Shown here in pieces: positions 38,779 to 48,876 of a DNA stretch of 64,000 nucleotides; position 1 is the stretch's first letter, and every line of letters begins with the position of its first letter. The stretch is from a bacterium (GTDB taxonomy: Bacteria > Oederibacteriota > PGYV01 > Palsa-1178). The stretch is taken from contig JBAXIL010000002.1 of NCBI GenBank assembly GCA_037138355.1, forward strand, positions 3,728-67,727, written 5' to 3'. The translations under genes and the position numbers were made by a program. The notes under the pieces were generated by a model. That model saw nothing but the letters and a program-made list of their open reading frames with translations, was not told the DNA's origin and did no database searches.

Positions 38779-40737
38779 CTATATCCTATCTACTCTTTTT
38801 AAATCTCCTTCAATTCTGTTATTGTCACTATTTTTAGATTCATGAAATCTATACACATCATGCATAAGTATAGTGTCGCCTTCCATGCCAGTTATCTCTG
38901 TTATATGTGTTATTTTTCTGCTTCCATCTTTTAACCTTGCTTGCTGAACTATCACATTTATTGCACTTTTTACCTGTTCTCTTATGGCTCTTACAGGAAG
39001 CTCTACTCCTGACATTAGTACCATAACTTCTATTCTCGACACTGCATCTCGCGGAGTATTAGAATGAATTGTTGTCATAGACCCATCGTGCCCAGTGTTC
39101 ATAGCCTGCAACATATCAAGTGTTTCCTCACCACGACATTCGCCTACAACTATTCTATCAGGTCTCATACGCAAACAATTTTTAACCAAATCCCTTATAG
39201 TTACTTCCCCCCTGCCTTCTATATTTGGAGGTCTTGCTTCAAGTCGAATTACATGTTCCTGCAATAATCGAAGCTCTGCAGAATCCTCAACCGTAATTAT
39301 ACGCTCATCCTTCGGAATAAAAGAAGATAATACATTCAAAAGAGTTGTCTTTCCAGAACCAGTTCCACCAGATATTAAAATGTTCTTCCTTTTTAATACC
39401 GCCTCTCTTAGATATTCAACTGCTTCCTGACTGATACTGCCATAATTTACAAGATCCTCTGCTGTTAATTTTTTTTCAGAAAACTTTCTGATAGTCAGTA
39501 TAGGTCCATCTAACGAAAGAGGTGGAATAATAGCATTAACTCTCGAACCATCTGACAGTCTGGCATCCACATAAGGCATGGACTCATCTATCCTACGCCC
39601 TAAAGGTAATACTATTCTTTCTATAGTGCGCATTACATTTTCATCATCTGTAAATCTTTTTTCAGAAACAAATAACTTTCCAGCTTTTTCAATATATATT
39701 TCATTGTGCCCATTTACCATTATCTCGCTTATGCTTGGATCTTTTAGTAATTCTTCTATGGCACCCAAACCTGTTACTTCATCAAATATTTCCGTCACAA
39801 ATATTTCCCTCGTATTTCTGTCAATCATTGATGGATTGAGTCTATCAAGTATCTCTCTTATTTTATTTTTAATTTCACAAAATATTTTTATTTTTTTGTC
39901 TGGGTGAGTAAGTGCATCCTTTTCAAGATTTTTTATGTTTATCTCATCAAATAATAATTTATTTATTGTTTTTTTCAATCCCGCTTCCACTTCGTATTTC
40001 ACAGTAAGTATATTATCTTTTGATTGTATTTTGCTTTGTTTTGGACTTATTGTTTGTAATTCCATAATATACAAGTGTTGTTTCGATGCCCCTTCAAGAA
40101 GAATAGCAGCAGTATTCTTGACTACTTTAGTGAATGCATCTTTTCTGTTTTTCAAACAATAAATCTCTCCATTATTGGCTGTTTCTTCAACTGCCTTGCA
40201 ATAAGGAATTACCTCTATAACTTTGATATTATTAAACCCCTGTTGTAAATCGGCAACCGACAACAGCGTATTATTGGCTTTATTAATAAGGACATTAACG
40301 ACAGCGGCAGGATAACGCATTTCGAGAAGTGTCATAGCAGTATGACTTGCATATTTCATATCATAAGGATTTAATGCAGCAGGTATTAATATGGTATCAG
40401 ACATATCAAGCAAAGTTTGAGCTGGAAAGCCTTCAGTATCAATAAGAAGCACATCAAGAAAGCTATAAAAATGCTCTATTGTGTTTTTCCACCCCGTATC
40501 CCAAAATAGATAAAATTTTTCCTTATCAAGCTTATAATTTGTGATATCTACAAAAGATTTGATAGCGTGATCATTTTTAGGATTTAAAATTATTTTTGTA
40601 TCATAAATATGTTCCGCTATTTCAAGAACACCTACTTTAAGTCCGTATTCGTGTGCCATTACAGAAGCAAGATTCAGAGCAATAGTAGTTTTACCTGCTC
40701 CATTTTTTTTATTTAGCAAGGTAATAATTTTTTTCAT
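38779..40737 (-). CDS. fusion protein: N-terminal ParA/MinD-like (CpaE/TadZ-like) domain plus C-terminal CpaF/TadA-family secretion ATPase
   Basis: 652 aa. Residues 1 to about 220 contain a deviant Walker A (LNKKNGAGKTTIALNLA) of the ParA/CpaE type. The C-terminal roughly 430 aa are CpaF/VirB11-like with Walker A (GGTGSGKTT), Asp box and His box (TIHSNTPRD). Confidence 0.8.
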   Translation of the reverse strand: MKKIITLLNKKNGAGKTTIALNLASVMAHEYGLKVGVLEIAEHIYDTKIILNPKNDHAIKSFVDITNYKLDKEKFYLFWDTGWKNTIEHFYSFLDVLLIDTEGFPAQTLLDMSDTILIPAALNPYDMKYASHTAMTLLEMRYPAAVVNVLINKANNTLLSVADLQQGFNNIKVIEVIPYCKAVEETANNGEIYCLKNRKDAFTKVVKNTAAILLEGASKQHLYIMELQTISPKQSKIQSKDNILTVKYEVEAGLKKTINKLLFDEINIKNLEKDALTHPDKKIKIFCEIKNKIREILDRLNPSMIDRNTREIFVTEIFDEVTGLGAIEELLKDPSISEIMVNGHNEIYIEKAGKLFVSEKRFTDDENVMRTIERIVLPLGRRIDESMPYVDARLSDGSRVNAIIPPLSLDGPILTIRKFSEKKLTAEDLVNYGSISQEAVEYLREAVLKRKNILISGGTGSGKTTLLNVLSSFIPKDERIITVEDSAELRLLQEHVIRLEARPPNIEGRGEVTIRDLVKNCLRMRPDRIVVGECRGEETLDMLQAMNTGHDGSMTTIHSNTPRDAVSRIEVMVLMSGVELPVRAIREQVKSAINVIVQQARLKDGSRKITHITEITGMEGDTILMHDVYRFHESKNSDNNRIEGDLKRVDRI

Positions 40738-41729
40738 TCCTCAAAATCCTGACCAACTATCTTTGGAGTAACAAATATGACGAGCTCTGTTTTTATTTCC
40801 GTGTTTGAATTGGATTTGAATAGTTCGCCCAACAGAGGTATGCCTGACAATACCGGCACGCCAGATGAAACCTTTACCTCTTGGTTCTCAATTAAACCAG
40901 CTATTACGACAGTATTATCTGAATCAACATTAATACTTGTTTCAGCCCATCTTGTTTTTATGGCAGGAAATATATTTGTCCCCAAAGTGACTGCATTGGC
41001 ATAATCAAGATTGCTAACTTCCGCTCTAATCTGCGCTTCTATACTATTTTGCTTAGTGATTTTAGGTTCAACCTCAAGACTGACACCATATTTTTTCCAA
41101 GAAACACTTGCCTGTCCGACTGTAGAAACAGTAACTATAGGTACTTCCCCACCTGATAAAAAACTTGCCTTTCTTCCATTAGCTGCAAGTAATTTTGGTT
41201 TAGCAAGTATCTTGGCATAATTATTTTTTACAAGAAAATCGACTAACAAATTTAGCTTGCCTCTATTAAAGTCAGTTCCAAACAATTTAATAAGAGGTGG
41301 ATTTTGTTCTATTGCATTTAATGACGATACAGGCAGACCACTTTCCGGAATTGGACCTGACAACAAAGCAGGCCAGTTAACTCCGAACTCCGCTCCATTA
41401 ACATTAGCAATTTCAAGTATTTGCACATTAATTTCGATCATGGAATCAGAGACATTTGAATTTTTAACATTAACTATTAATGTTTTCTGTCCATCCGAAG
41501 TGGTTATATTTATTACTGAAGTACCTGTTTTTTTTGCTTCGAGGATGATTTCTTCATCTGATAGGATTGTGGCCATAGCTACTGAATTATTGACAACTTC
41601 TATTGACTTTGGTTTATCAATCTTTATTACTCTTGATGTGCCTTCCTTAATAGTAATCTCACGAGAAATAGCAAAAATAGACTGTAATAATAAAAATGAA
41701 AATAAAAATAAATAAATTGATTTTTTCAC
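40734..41729 (-). CDS. short secretin (CpaC/RcpA-like, type II/IV secretion family)
   Basis: 331 aa with a signal peptide, an N-domain and the secretin C-domain (VPVLSGIPLLGELFKSNSNTEIKTELVIFVTPKIV). It overlaps the ATPase start by 4 nt. Confidence 0.8.
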   Translation of the reverse strand: MKKSIYLFLFSFLLLQSIFAISREITIKEGTSRVIKIDKPKSIEVVNNSVAMATILSDEEIILEAKKTGTSVINITTSDGQKTLIVNVKNSNVSDSMIEINVQILEIANVNGAEFGVNWPALLSGPIPESGLPVSSLNAIEQNPPLIKLFGTDFNRGKLNLLVDFLVKNNYAKILAKPKLLAANGRKASFLSGGEVPIVTVSTVGQASVSWKKYGVSLEVEPKITKQNSIEAQIRAEVSNLDYANAVTLGTNIFPAIKTRWAETSINVDSDNTVVIAGLIENQEVKVSSGVPVLSGIPLLGELFKSNSNTEIKTELVIFVTPKIVGQDFEE

Positions 41730-41810
41730 GCTCTGCCCCTCTATATTTTATTTTAATGCCCCTATGGTTCGAGATTATATATTATACCTTCCTTACCGTC
41801 AACCAAATAA

Positions 41811-42425
41811 TTGTTGCCATCAGTAGACTTGTGCGATATATTTATTGATATGGACAAAACTATTTTACGAAAAAAGTATCGATTACTTAGGGATAAGTTG
41901 TCATCTCGACAAATACTTCAGAAAAGTGACGAAATCGCCGCTTGCTTTATTGATGTTTTTTATCCCTTAATAAAAAAACCTAAAGCTGTAATGATTTATA
42001 TTTCAACGCAAAGCGAAGTTAGTACATCTGAAATAATTCAATATCTATTACAAAAAAGGATCAAAGTATATGTTCCTTGCATAGATAACGGTATAATAAT
42101 TCCCGTTTTATACACAAAAAGTTGTAGTCTTGTTAAAGGTGCTTTTAACATAGAAGAGCCAAAAAAAAAGACAAAGCTTCCAAGAACAACAAACTTAGAT
42201 TTAATCATAGCGCCTGGCATTGCTTTTGACAACAAGGGCAATCGCATTGGTTTTGGCAAAGGTTTTTTCGACAAATTTCTTGCAACGCTCGATACCACAT
42301 CAATAAAACTTGCACTGGCTTTTGAAACTCAGCTGGTTAAAAAAATAAGTTCCGCAAAGCATGACATGAAAATGGATTATATTATTACTGAAAAAAGATT
42401 AATTTCTTGTGGTGTCTTTAAATGA
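41811..42425 (+). CDS. 5-formyltetrahydrofolate cyclo-ligase (MTHFS)
   Basis: C-terminal motifs DLIIAPGIAFDNKGNRIGFGKGFFDKFL are present. The true start is likely MDKTILRKKY at about 41850. Confidence 0.8.
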   Translation: MLPSVDLCDIFIDMDKTILRKKYRLLRDKLSSRQILQKSDEIAACFIDVFYPLIKKPKAVMIYISTQSEVSTSEIIQYLLQKRIKVYVPCIDNGIIIPVLYTKSCSLVKGAFNIEEPKKKTKLPRTTNLDLIIAPGIAFDNKGNRIGFGKGFFDKFLATLDTTSIKLALAFETQLVKKISSAKHDMKMDYIITEKRLISCGVFK

Positions 42426-42976
42426 AACTATTAAGTTCAAAAACAATATATAAGGGCCTTATTTTCAGGTTGGACAAAGATGTCATAATAATCAATAATC
42501 GCAAAATCACGAGGGAGATAATACATCATCCTGGTTCAGCATTAATGTTGCCATTATTAGATATTAACAATCAAACAATCATATTAATTGAGCAATATCG
42601 TTATGCCACTGGTGGCAACTTACTTGAGTTTCCTGCTGGAACCATAGATAAACCAGAGTCAGCAAAAAAATGCGCTGCAAGAGAATTAATCGAAGAAACT
42701 GGCTATAAAGCAAAGAGCCTAAAGGAAATAACCAAATTTTTTCTTGCACCTGGAACAATGACCGAAGTCATGCACATGTTTTTATGCACTAAGCTTATCA
42801 AGAAATCACAAAATCTAATGCCAGATGAAATAATAAAACCACACATAACCTCTCTAAATAAAGCAATAAGTATGGTATTTAATGGCAAAATCAGTGATGC
42901 AAAAACCATTGCAGGCCTTATGGTATTAAATGAGATTTTCAAAGACAAGAAACTGAAAAACAAGTTTTTAATATAA
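42422..42976 (+). CDS. NUDIX hydrolase (ADP-ribose pyrophosphatase-like)
   Basis: 184 aa with the Nudix box GTIDKPESAKKCAARELIEETGY. Confidence 0.8.
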   Translation: MKLLSSKTIYKGLIFRLDKDVIIINNRKITREIIHHPGSALMLPLLDINNQTIILIEQYRYATGGNLLEFPAGTIDKPESAKKCAARELIEETGYKAKSLKEITKFFLAPGTMTEVMHMFLCTKLIKKSQNLMPDEIIKPHITSLNKAISMVFNGKISDAKTIAGLMVLNEIFKDKKLKNKFLI

Positions 42977-42980
42977 AAAC

Positions 42981-43718
42981 CTACAGAAAGAACACCTTGT
43001 TTTTCGTCTTTAGTGTTTTTCCCTGCTCATCTATAATACTAATTGTTCCATCTTTATTAACTTTATTTATTGTTCCTGCTATACGCCTATTATTAATAAC
43101 AATATTTACTCTTTTTCCATTAAGATTTATTTGTTTATTTACCCACTTACTAATAAGCTGATTTTTCAGTTTTTTCATTCCAAATAAATAAGAATCAATT
43201 TTCTTTATAAGATTAATAAAAAAAGTTTCTTCATTAATTATTTTGCCTAACTGCTTACGAAGTGATGTGACAGGAAGGTATAAACCCTGTGGCAATTTAT
43301 TATTTATATTAATTCCTATACCTGTTACTATTCTTCCGTTAAAAAAGTCATTTTCTATCAATATTCCACTTATTTTTAGTGAATTCACTAATATATCATT
43401 TGGCCATTTTATCAAGGGCTTCAAATCGTATTTGGCGATTGTTTCTGCTAATGCCATAGAGGACAATATAACAAACATATAAGGGTTTATTATTTTTTTA
43501 TTTACAACAAAAGAGAACCACAGTCCGCCTTTACCAGATACCCATTTGGCCCCCTGCCTGCCACGCCCAGCAGTTTGAACTTTAGCTGCAACTATCGTAC
43601 CAGATGCAAAATCATTTTCCAGAAGATATTTATTTGTAGAATCTATTGTCTTAAAATATATTATCTTATTTAATATACGGTTTTTTTTGATAGCGGTGGC
43701 TATACTTTCAATCTTCAT
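42981..43718 (-). CDS. birA: biotin-[acetyl-CoA-carboxylase] ligase (class I, no HTH domain)
   Basis: 245 aa with the GRGRQGAKW motif and KWPNDILV. Confidence 0.85.
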   Translation of the reverse strand: MKIESIATAIKKNRILNKIIYFKTIDSTNKYLLENDFASGTIVAAKVQTAGRGRQGAKWVSGKGGLWFSFVVNKKIINPYMFVILSSMALAETIAKYDLKPLIKWPNDILVNSLKISGILIENDFFNGRIVTGIGININNKLPQGLYLPVTSLRKQLGKIINEETFFINLIKKIDSYLFGMKKLKNQLISKWVNKQINLNGKRVNIVINNRRIAGTINKVNKDGTISIIDEQGKTLKTKNKVFFL

Positions 43719-44569
43719 TTGTGAAGTGTTAAGCTAATGTCTAATGCCTGAGCTGAGTGCGTTATTGCACCCAATGAGATATAATCAGGTTTTCTTTTGG
43801 CTATTTCTTCAATTGTATCTATATTCACACCGCCGGATATCTCAACTTTGGCATCGCACTTAGTCTCTTTTAATCTCAAGAATGCTTTATCTATCATGTC
43901 AAGACTCATATTATCCAGCATTATTACATCTGGACTTGCTTTAATAGCTTTTTCAAGGAATTCAAGACTATGAACTTCTACTTCTATTTTCATTCCTTTA
44001 GGAATAAATCTTCTGCATTCCATGACTGCTTTTTCAATATTGATAAAATCTATATGATTATCTTTTATCAAGACCATATCATATAGACCCATTCTATGAT
44101 TTGATGCGCCCCCTGTTTTCACTGCATACTTTTCAAGGATTCTAAGCATTGGAGTAGTTTTTCTTGTATCAAGTATGGTAACACCGTAAGGAGTAACTTT
44201 TGACTGAAAGCTATTTGCCGAGGTAGCTATTCCTGATAATCTCTGCAAAAGGTTTAAAGCCAAACGCTCCCCCATTAAAATAGCTCTTGCAGGACCAGTT
44301 ATTAATGCAATAATATCACCATTTTTTACTTTAGCTCCATCTTTCTTTTTAAATGATATTTGAACACTTTTATCTATCTTCGCAAATACTTTTTTAATTA
44401 AAGGTAATCCACATATAACACCTTCTGCTTTTGCCTTAAAAGCACCTTTTAATATAGCCGCTGGCGGTATGATTATATCAGTAGTAACATCACCTGCTCC
44501 GATGTCTTCTTTGAGAGACATATCAATAAGCTGGTCTATATACTTTTCATTCTTTTTTAAAAGATCCAT
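43715..44569 (-). CDS. nadC: nicotinate-nucleotide pyrophosphorylase (carboxylating)
   Basis: 284 aa in the QPRTase family. Confidence 0.9.
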   Translation of the reverse strand: MDLLKKNEKYIDQLIDMSLKEDIGAGDVTTDIIIPPAAILKGAFKAKAEGVICGLPLIKKVFAKIDKSVQISFKKKDGAKVKNGDIIALITGPARAILMGERLALNLLQRLSGIATSANSFQSKVTPYGVTILDTRKTTPMLRILEKYAVKTGGASNHRMGLYDMVLIKDNHIDFINIEKAVMECRRFIPKGMKIEVEVHSLEFLEKAIKASPDVIMLDNMSLDMIDKAFLRLKETKCDAKVEISGGVNIDTIEEIAKRKPDYISLGAITHSAQALDISLTLHK

Positions 44570-44579
44570 ATCATCTCCG

Positions 44580-47234
44580 TTATTTTTTTAAATCGTTTAT
44601 TAAATCCATAAGTACTTTAATATCCGCTTCATAACCTTCAAGTTTAGCCTTTTCTTCATCCAAAGTTTTCTTCATAGCATTATTTACAAAATTCGGATTA
44701 TTAAGTTTATTTTTTACGCCAATTATTCCTTTTTCTATGTCAGCCACTTTCTTTTCTTTATTTGTTATTACCTTTTGTTTGTCTTTAATAGCAGTTGTAT
44801 TTATTCCAGCCTTACCTATTACTCTATTACCAACTACTGTAACTGGTCGTACTACCCTATTTGCACCAATTTCAGTTGTAAACTCTGTAACTTTAGCCAA
44901 CATTTTAATTATATCAGCAAACTTAAGCGTCAAATCTGCCCTTTTATCTTCCATGACAACATACGCTTCAACCTTATCAGCTGGTGATATTTCAAGATCT
45001 CCACGCAACTGCCTTATTCTGTAAATCAAGCTCATCATATCATCCATTTCATTTAATTCATCCGCTGGGAAGTTGAAGCTTTTATTATATTCAGGCCAAG
45101 TTTCAAGCATTATAGATTCTTTTTTATTACTCATTGGTAAGTTCATATATATTTCTTCAGTCACAAAAGGTACTACTGGATGAAGCATTACTAAACAATC
45201 TCTTAAAACTTTCAGTAAGACATTTTTTACTATATTTTTGTATTCTGAATCTTCCTTTAGAAGTTCTATTTTAGACATTTCTATATACCAATCGCAAAAG
45301 TCATGCCAAAAAAAGTCATATATAAGTGCTGCCGTTTCAGAGAACTTATACTTATCTAAATTTTCACTTAATTTTTTTGAAAGCGAATTTACGCCTGAAA
45401 GTATCCACTTTTCAGGTAATTTCATAGATGCCGTATATTTTGCAAGATCAACCTCTTTTATACCGCTCAAATTTGAAATAGTATATTTTGAGGCATTAAA
45501 TATTTTATTCATAAAGCCAGCATATCCTTTTGTTCTCTCTTCTGTAAAAGCAATATATCTTGACTGCGTTTCTAAAGACACCATAGTAAAACGCAGAGCA
45601 TCTGCAGAATATGTTTTGATAATATCAAGTGGATCAATTACATTTCCTTTTGACTTGCTCATTTTTTTGCCTTCAGAATCTCCAACGAGCGAGTTAATTG
45701 CCACTTCATAAAACGGCGGTTTCCCCATGAACTTGAGTCCCAACATTATCATTCTTGCTACCCAAAAGAAAAGAATATCCCAACCAGTAACTAAAACTGA
45801 TGTAGGATAAAAGACTGCAAGATCTTGAGTTTTTTCCGGCCAACCAAGAGTTGAGAATGGCCATAAACCCGAAGAAAACCAAGTATCTAAGACATCTTTA
45901 TCTTGTTTGATATTAAGACTCGAACATTTTTCACATTTTTGTGGGGTGGTCTTTGAAACTGTAATGTGCTTACAGTCATCACAATACCAAGCAGGTATCC
46001 TGTGGCCCCACCACAATTGGCGAGAAATACACCAGTCTTTTATATTATTCATCCATTCAAAATATACTTTTTTCCAGTGATCCGGCGTAAATACTACTGT
46101 ACCATCTTCAACTGCTCTTATTGCTGGTTCTGCAAGTGGCTTGATTCTAACGAACCATTGAGCTGATATATATGGCTCCACGATAGTTTCACATCTGTAA
46201 CAATGACCTACTGCATGTTTGTGATCTTCAATTTTAACCAAGTAACCCTGTTCTTTTAATGTTTCAACTATTTGTTTTCTTGCTTCAAACCTATCTAAGC
46301 CACTATACTTACCATTTTCTCCAGCTTTTTCATTCATTTTTCCGTTCTCGTGCATTACATTTATTATTGGAAGCTTATGTCTTACGCCCACCTCAAAGTC
46401 ATTTGGGTCGTGAGCAGGAGTTATCTTAACTGCCCCTGTTCCAAACTCTTTGTCCACATAAGTATCTTTTATGATAGGTATCTGTCTTCCAGTTTCTGGA
46501 AGAATTAACATAGTACCTTCTTTAATATGTTTATAACGCTCATCAGTAGGATTGACCGCAACCGCCGTGTCCCCAAGCATGGTTTCAGGTCTTGTCGTGG
46601 CCACTTCTATAAAACCTGAACCATCAGCATAAGGATACTTTATATGATAAAAATGTCCCGCTATGTCCTTGTGTGTGACTTCAATATCAGAAATTGCAGT
46701 TAAACATCTCGGACACCAGTTGACAATATAGTCGCCTCTGTATATGAGTCCCTCATTATAAAGCCGCACAAAAACTTCTTTGACTGCTTCCGAAAGACCC
46801 GCATCCATAGTGAAGCGTTCCCTGCTCCAATCGCAAGACGAACCCAATTTTCTAAGCTGTCTCATAATAGTTGTTCCGTATTTTTCTTTCCACTCCCAAA
46901 TCCGTTTCAAGAACTCTTCGCGACCTAAATCCGCTTTTTTCTTTCCTTCTTTTTTGAGCTCTCTTTCCACAACATTTTGGGTTGCAATTCCAGCATGATC
47001 ACAACCTGGTAACCAGAGCACATTGAAACCTTTTGCTCTTTTATAACGAGCTATGACATCCTGAAGAGTGTTGTTTAAAGCATGTCCCATATGTAAAGAA
47101 CCTGTTACATTAGGTGGGGGTATAACTATTGAAAATGGAGGTTTAGAGGATGTATTATCTGCTTTAAAATATCCCTTTTCGCTCCAATATGTGTACCACT
47201 TATCTTCTATTTCAGAAGGTATATATTTATCCAA
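44580..47234 (-). CDS. valS: valine--tRNA ligase
   Basis: 884 aa with HIGH (PPNVTGSLHMGHA), KMSKS, an editing domain and a C-terminal coiled coil. Confidence 0.95.
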   Translation of the reverse strand: MDKYIPSEIEDKWYTYWSEKGYFKADNTSSKPPFSIVIPPPNVTGSLHMGHALNNTLQDVIARYKRAKGFNVLWLPGCDHAGIATQNVVERELKKEGKKKADLGREEFLKRIWEWKEKYGTTIMRQLRKLGSSCDWSRERFTMDAGLSEAVKEVFVRLYNEGLIYRGDYIVNWCPRCLTAISDIEVTHKDIAGHFYHIKYPYADGSGFIEVATTRPETMLGDTAVAVNPTDERYKHIKEGTMLILPETGRQIPIIKDTYVDKEFGTGAVKITPAHDPNDFEVGVRHKLPIINVMHENGKMNEKAGENGKYSGLDRFEARKQIVETLKEQGYLVKIEDHKHAVGHCYRCETIVEPYISAQWFVRIKPLAEPAIRAVEDGTVVFTPDHWKKVYFEWMNNIKDWCISRQLWWGHRIPAWYCDDCKHITVSKTTPQKCEKCSSLNIKQDKDVLDTWFSSGLWPFSTLGWPEKTQDLAVFYPTSVLVTGWDILFFWVARMIMLGLKFMGKPPFYEVAINSLVGDSEGKKMSKSKGNVIDPLDIIKTYSADALRFTMVSLETQSRYIAFTEERTKGYAGFMNKIFNASKYTISNLSGIKEVDLAKYTASMKLPEKWILSGVNSLSKKLSENLDKYKFSETAALIYDFFWHDFCDWYIEMSKIELLKEDSEYKNIVKNVLLKVLRDCLVMLHPVVPFVTEEIYMNLPMSNKKESIMLETWPEYNKSFNFPADELNEMDDMMSLIYRIRQLRGDLEISPADKVEAYVVMEDKRADLTLKFADIIKMLAKVTEFTTEIGANRVVRPVTVVGNRVIGKAGINTTAIKDKQKVITNKEKKVADIEKGIIGVKNKLNNPNFVNNAMKKTLDEEKAKLEGYEADIKVLMDLINDLKK

Positions 47235-47267
47235 AATTAATCCTCCATAAATAATAAAATTCTATAC

Positions 47268-47296
47268 AATTTATCACTATTAACCTTCTTTGTCAA
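47268..47296 (-). promoter_or_regulatory. candidate sigma70 promoter for valS (TTGACA-N17-TAAATT)
   Basis: On the minus strand the -35 is at 47291-47296 and the -10 at 47268-47273, about 33 nt upstream of the valS ATG. Confidence 0.4.
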
Positions 47297-47389
47297 AAAT
47301 TACTTTAGCAAAAACATCAAAACAAGCTAACCACTTGGAAGTTTTAAACAGATATAACAAGTGACTTTTTGCTTTTAATTCGATTTATT

Positions 47390-48046
47390 TTATTTATAAT
47401 TAGACAAGTCCATATCTGCGGTCATTATAGATTTAATACTAATATGTCCAGCAAGCGATTCTTTTTCCATACCATTTATCACAAACTTAACACCATTAAC
47501 CCAAGGGAAATTATATGAAACTGTATTAATAATAGTATATATAGCCTCGTATTCTCCAGTCGTTCCACCTTTGCAATTTGCTGAATATTCAGCAGACATA
47601 TCAAGATAAAGAATACTATTGGCATCAAGATAAGCATCTTTTAGGGTCGTTCCTTGAGGCAATAGATTTACAGTGTCGTTATTTTTTGGCCCGTCTGTCA
47701 AAAGTATTAAAAGCTGTTTGATTCTGTTAATCTGGAGTACAGAATTGAATATAATTGCTGGAACTGTTTTAAAACCTTCAGTCTTTGGATTTCCAAAAAA
47801 TAATAATACAGTTTGTTTAGCATCGCCCTGAGAATATAGCTGATAACTTGCCACAAGACTCTGGGTTGTTTTCTTTCCGAAATTACTAACAATAACAAAC
47901 AAAACAATCAAACATAAAACGATTATACCTAAAGCCACTAATTGCCCCGGCTTAAACAAAGTCAGTATTTTTTTTAATATATTATTTTCCACTGGCGGTT
48001 GTATAGGAGTATTTTCGCTCATTTTATATCCTTGAGAAAATAGCAT
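47390..48046 (-). CDS. membrane-anchored GerMN-domain protein
   Basis: The N-terminal TM helix is followed by GerMN-like segments (TVLLFFGNPKTEGFKTVPAII ... SILYLDMSAEYS ... NGVKFVINGMEKESLAGH). Confidence 0.55.
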   Translation of the reverse strand: MLFSQGYKMSENTPIQPPVENNILKKILTLFKPGQLVALGIIVLCLIVLFVIVSNFGKKTTQSLVASYQLYSQGDAKQTVLLFFGNPKTEGFKTVPAIIFNSVLQINRIKQLLILLTDGPKNNDTVNLLPQGTTLKDAYLDANSILYLDMSAEYSANCKGGTTGEYEAIYTIINTVSYNFPWVNGVKFVINGMEKESLAGHISIKSIMTADMDLSNYK

Positions 48047-48876
48047 ACCGCTTCTTTAATATGGTAAGCCATAGTATTTATTGACTTGTCATCTTTCAGA
48101 TAGGAGTCATCACTTGCATTATTTATATTTCCAAGTTCTATTACCACTGCAGGCATATCTACACCCTCTAAAGAAATCAGTGCTGCACTCTTTTCTTTTC
48201 TGTATTTACTTAAAACAAGACTGTCTCTTACCGTATTGCCTGTTTCACCTGTCTCTTGAATTAACTGAGCCTGCATATACTGCCCTATATCTGTCGCCAG
48301 TCGTATGCTTTCATTTATGTGATAAAGCTGAACTTTAGTCCAATCAATTATATCAGTCTTATCTTTATTTGAAGCCACATCAGTCCCAACACTGTAATAC
48401 ACTTCATAGCCCTCGGTGTTTGGATTGGCCGAATAATCACTGTGTATAGAAATATACAACTGCCCTTTTTTATTATTAGCAAATCCTGCACGATCTACTG
48501 GAGTACTAAATGAATCATTTTCCCTCGTAAGAAAAACAGTAATTCCTGAACCTTGTGTTTCAAGTTTGTCTTTCAATATTTTAGCAACTTTAAGATTAAT
48601 ATCTTTTTCCAAAAGACCATGACTATTTACTCCTAAGTCATTGCCTCCATGTGCTGGATCGATTACTACGACATGAGTTATATTTTGGGTAATATCAACA
48701 ACTGGAGGTACCGTACTTTGTTCTCCATATACCCAAAATGACAAAACTAATAATAGAGCTATAAACAGGGGGGACTTAAACATTATTTGATTCATCCTTT
48801 GTACTTTGTGTTTCTGCTCTTTCATATATCCCCATATTCCTAAATTTGACATATCTATCTTCGAGTAACTTATCAA
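48019..48876 (-). CDS. N-acetylmuramoyl-L-alanine amidase (Amidase_3 family, AmiC-like)
   Basis: Amidase_3 motifs are present (VVIDPAHGGNDLG, YISIHSDY). The likely true start is the MNQIMFK at 48795, which has a signal peptide. Confidence 0.85.
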   Translation of the reverse strand: MISYSKIDMSNLGIWGYMKEQKHKVQRMNQIMFKSPLFIALLLVLSFWVYGEQSTVPPVVDITQNITHVVVIDPAHGGNDLGVNSHGLLEKDINLKVAKILKDKLETQGSGITVFLTRENDSFSTPVDRAGFANNKKGQLYISIHSDYSANPNTEGYEVYYSVGTDVASNKDKTDIIDWTKVQLYHINESIRLATDIGQYMQAQLIQETGETGNTVRDSLVLSKYRKEKSAALISLEGVDMPAVVIELGNINNASDDSYLKDDKSINTMAYHIKEAVCYFLKDIK

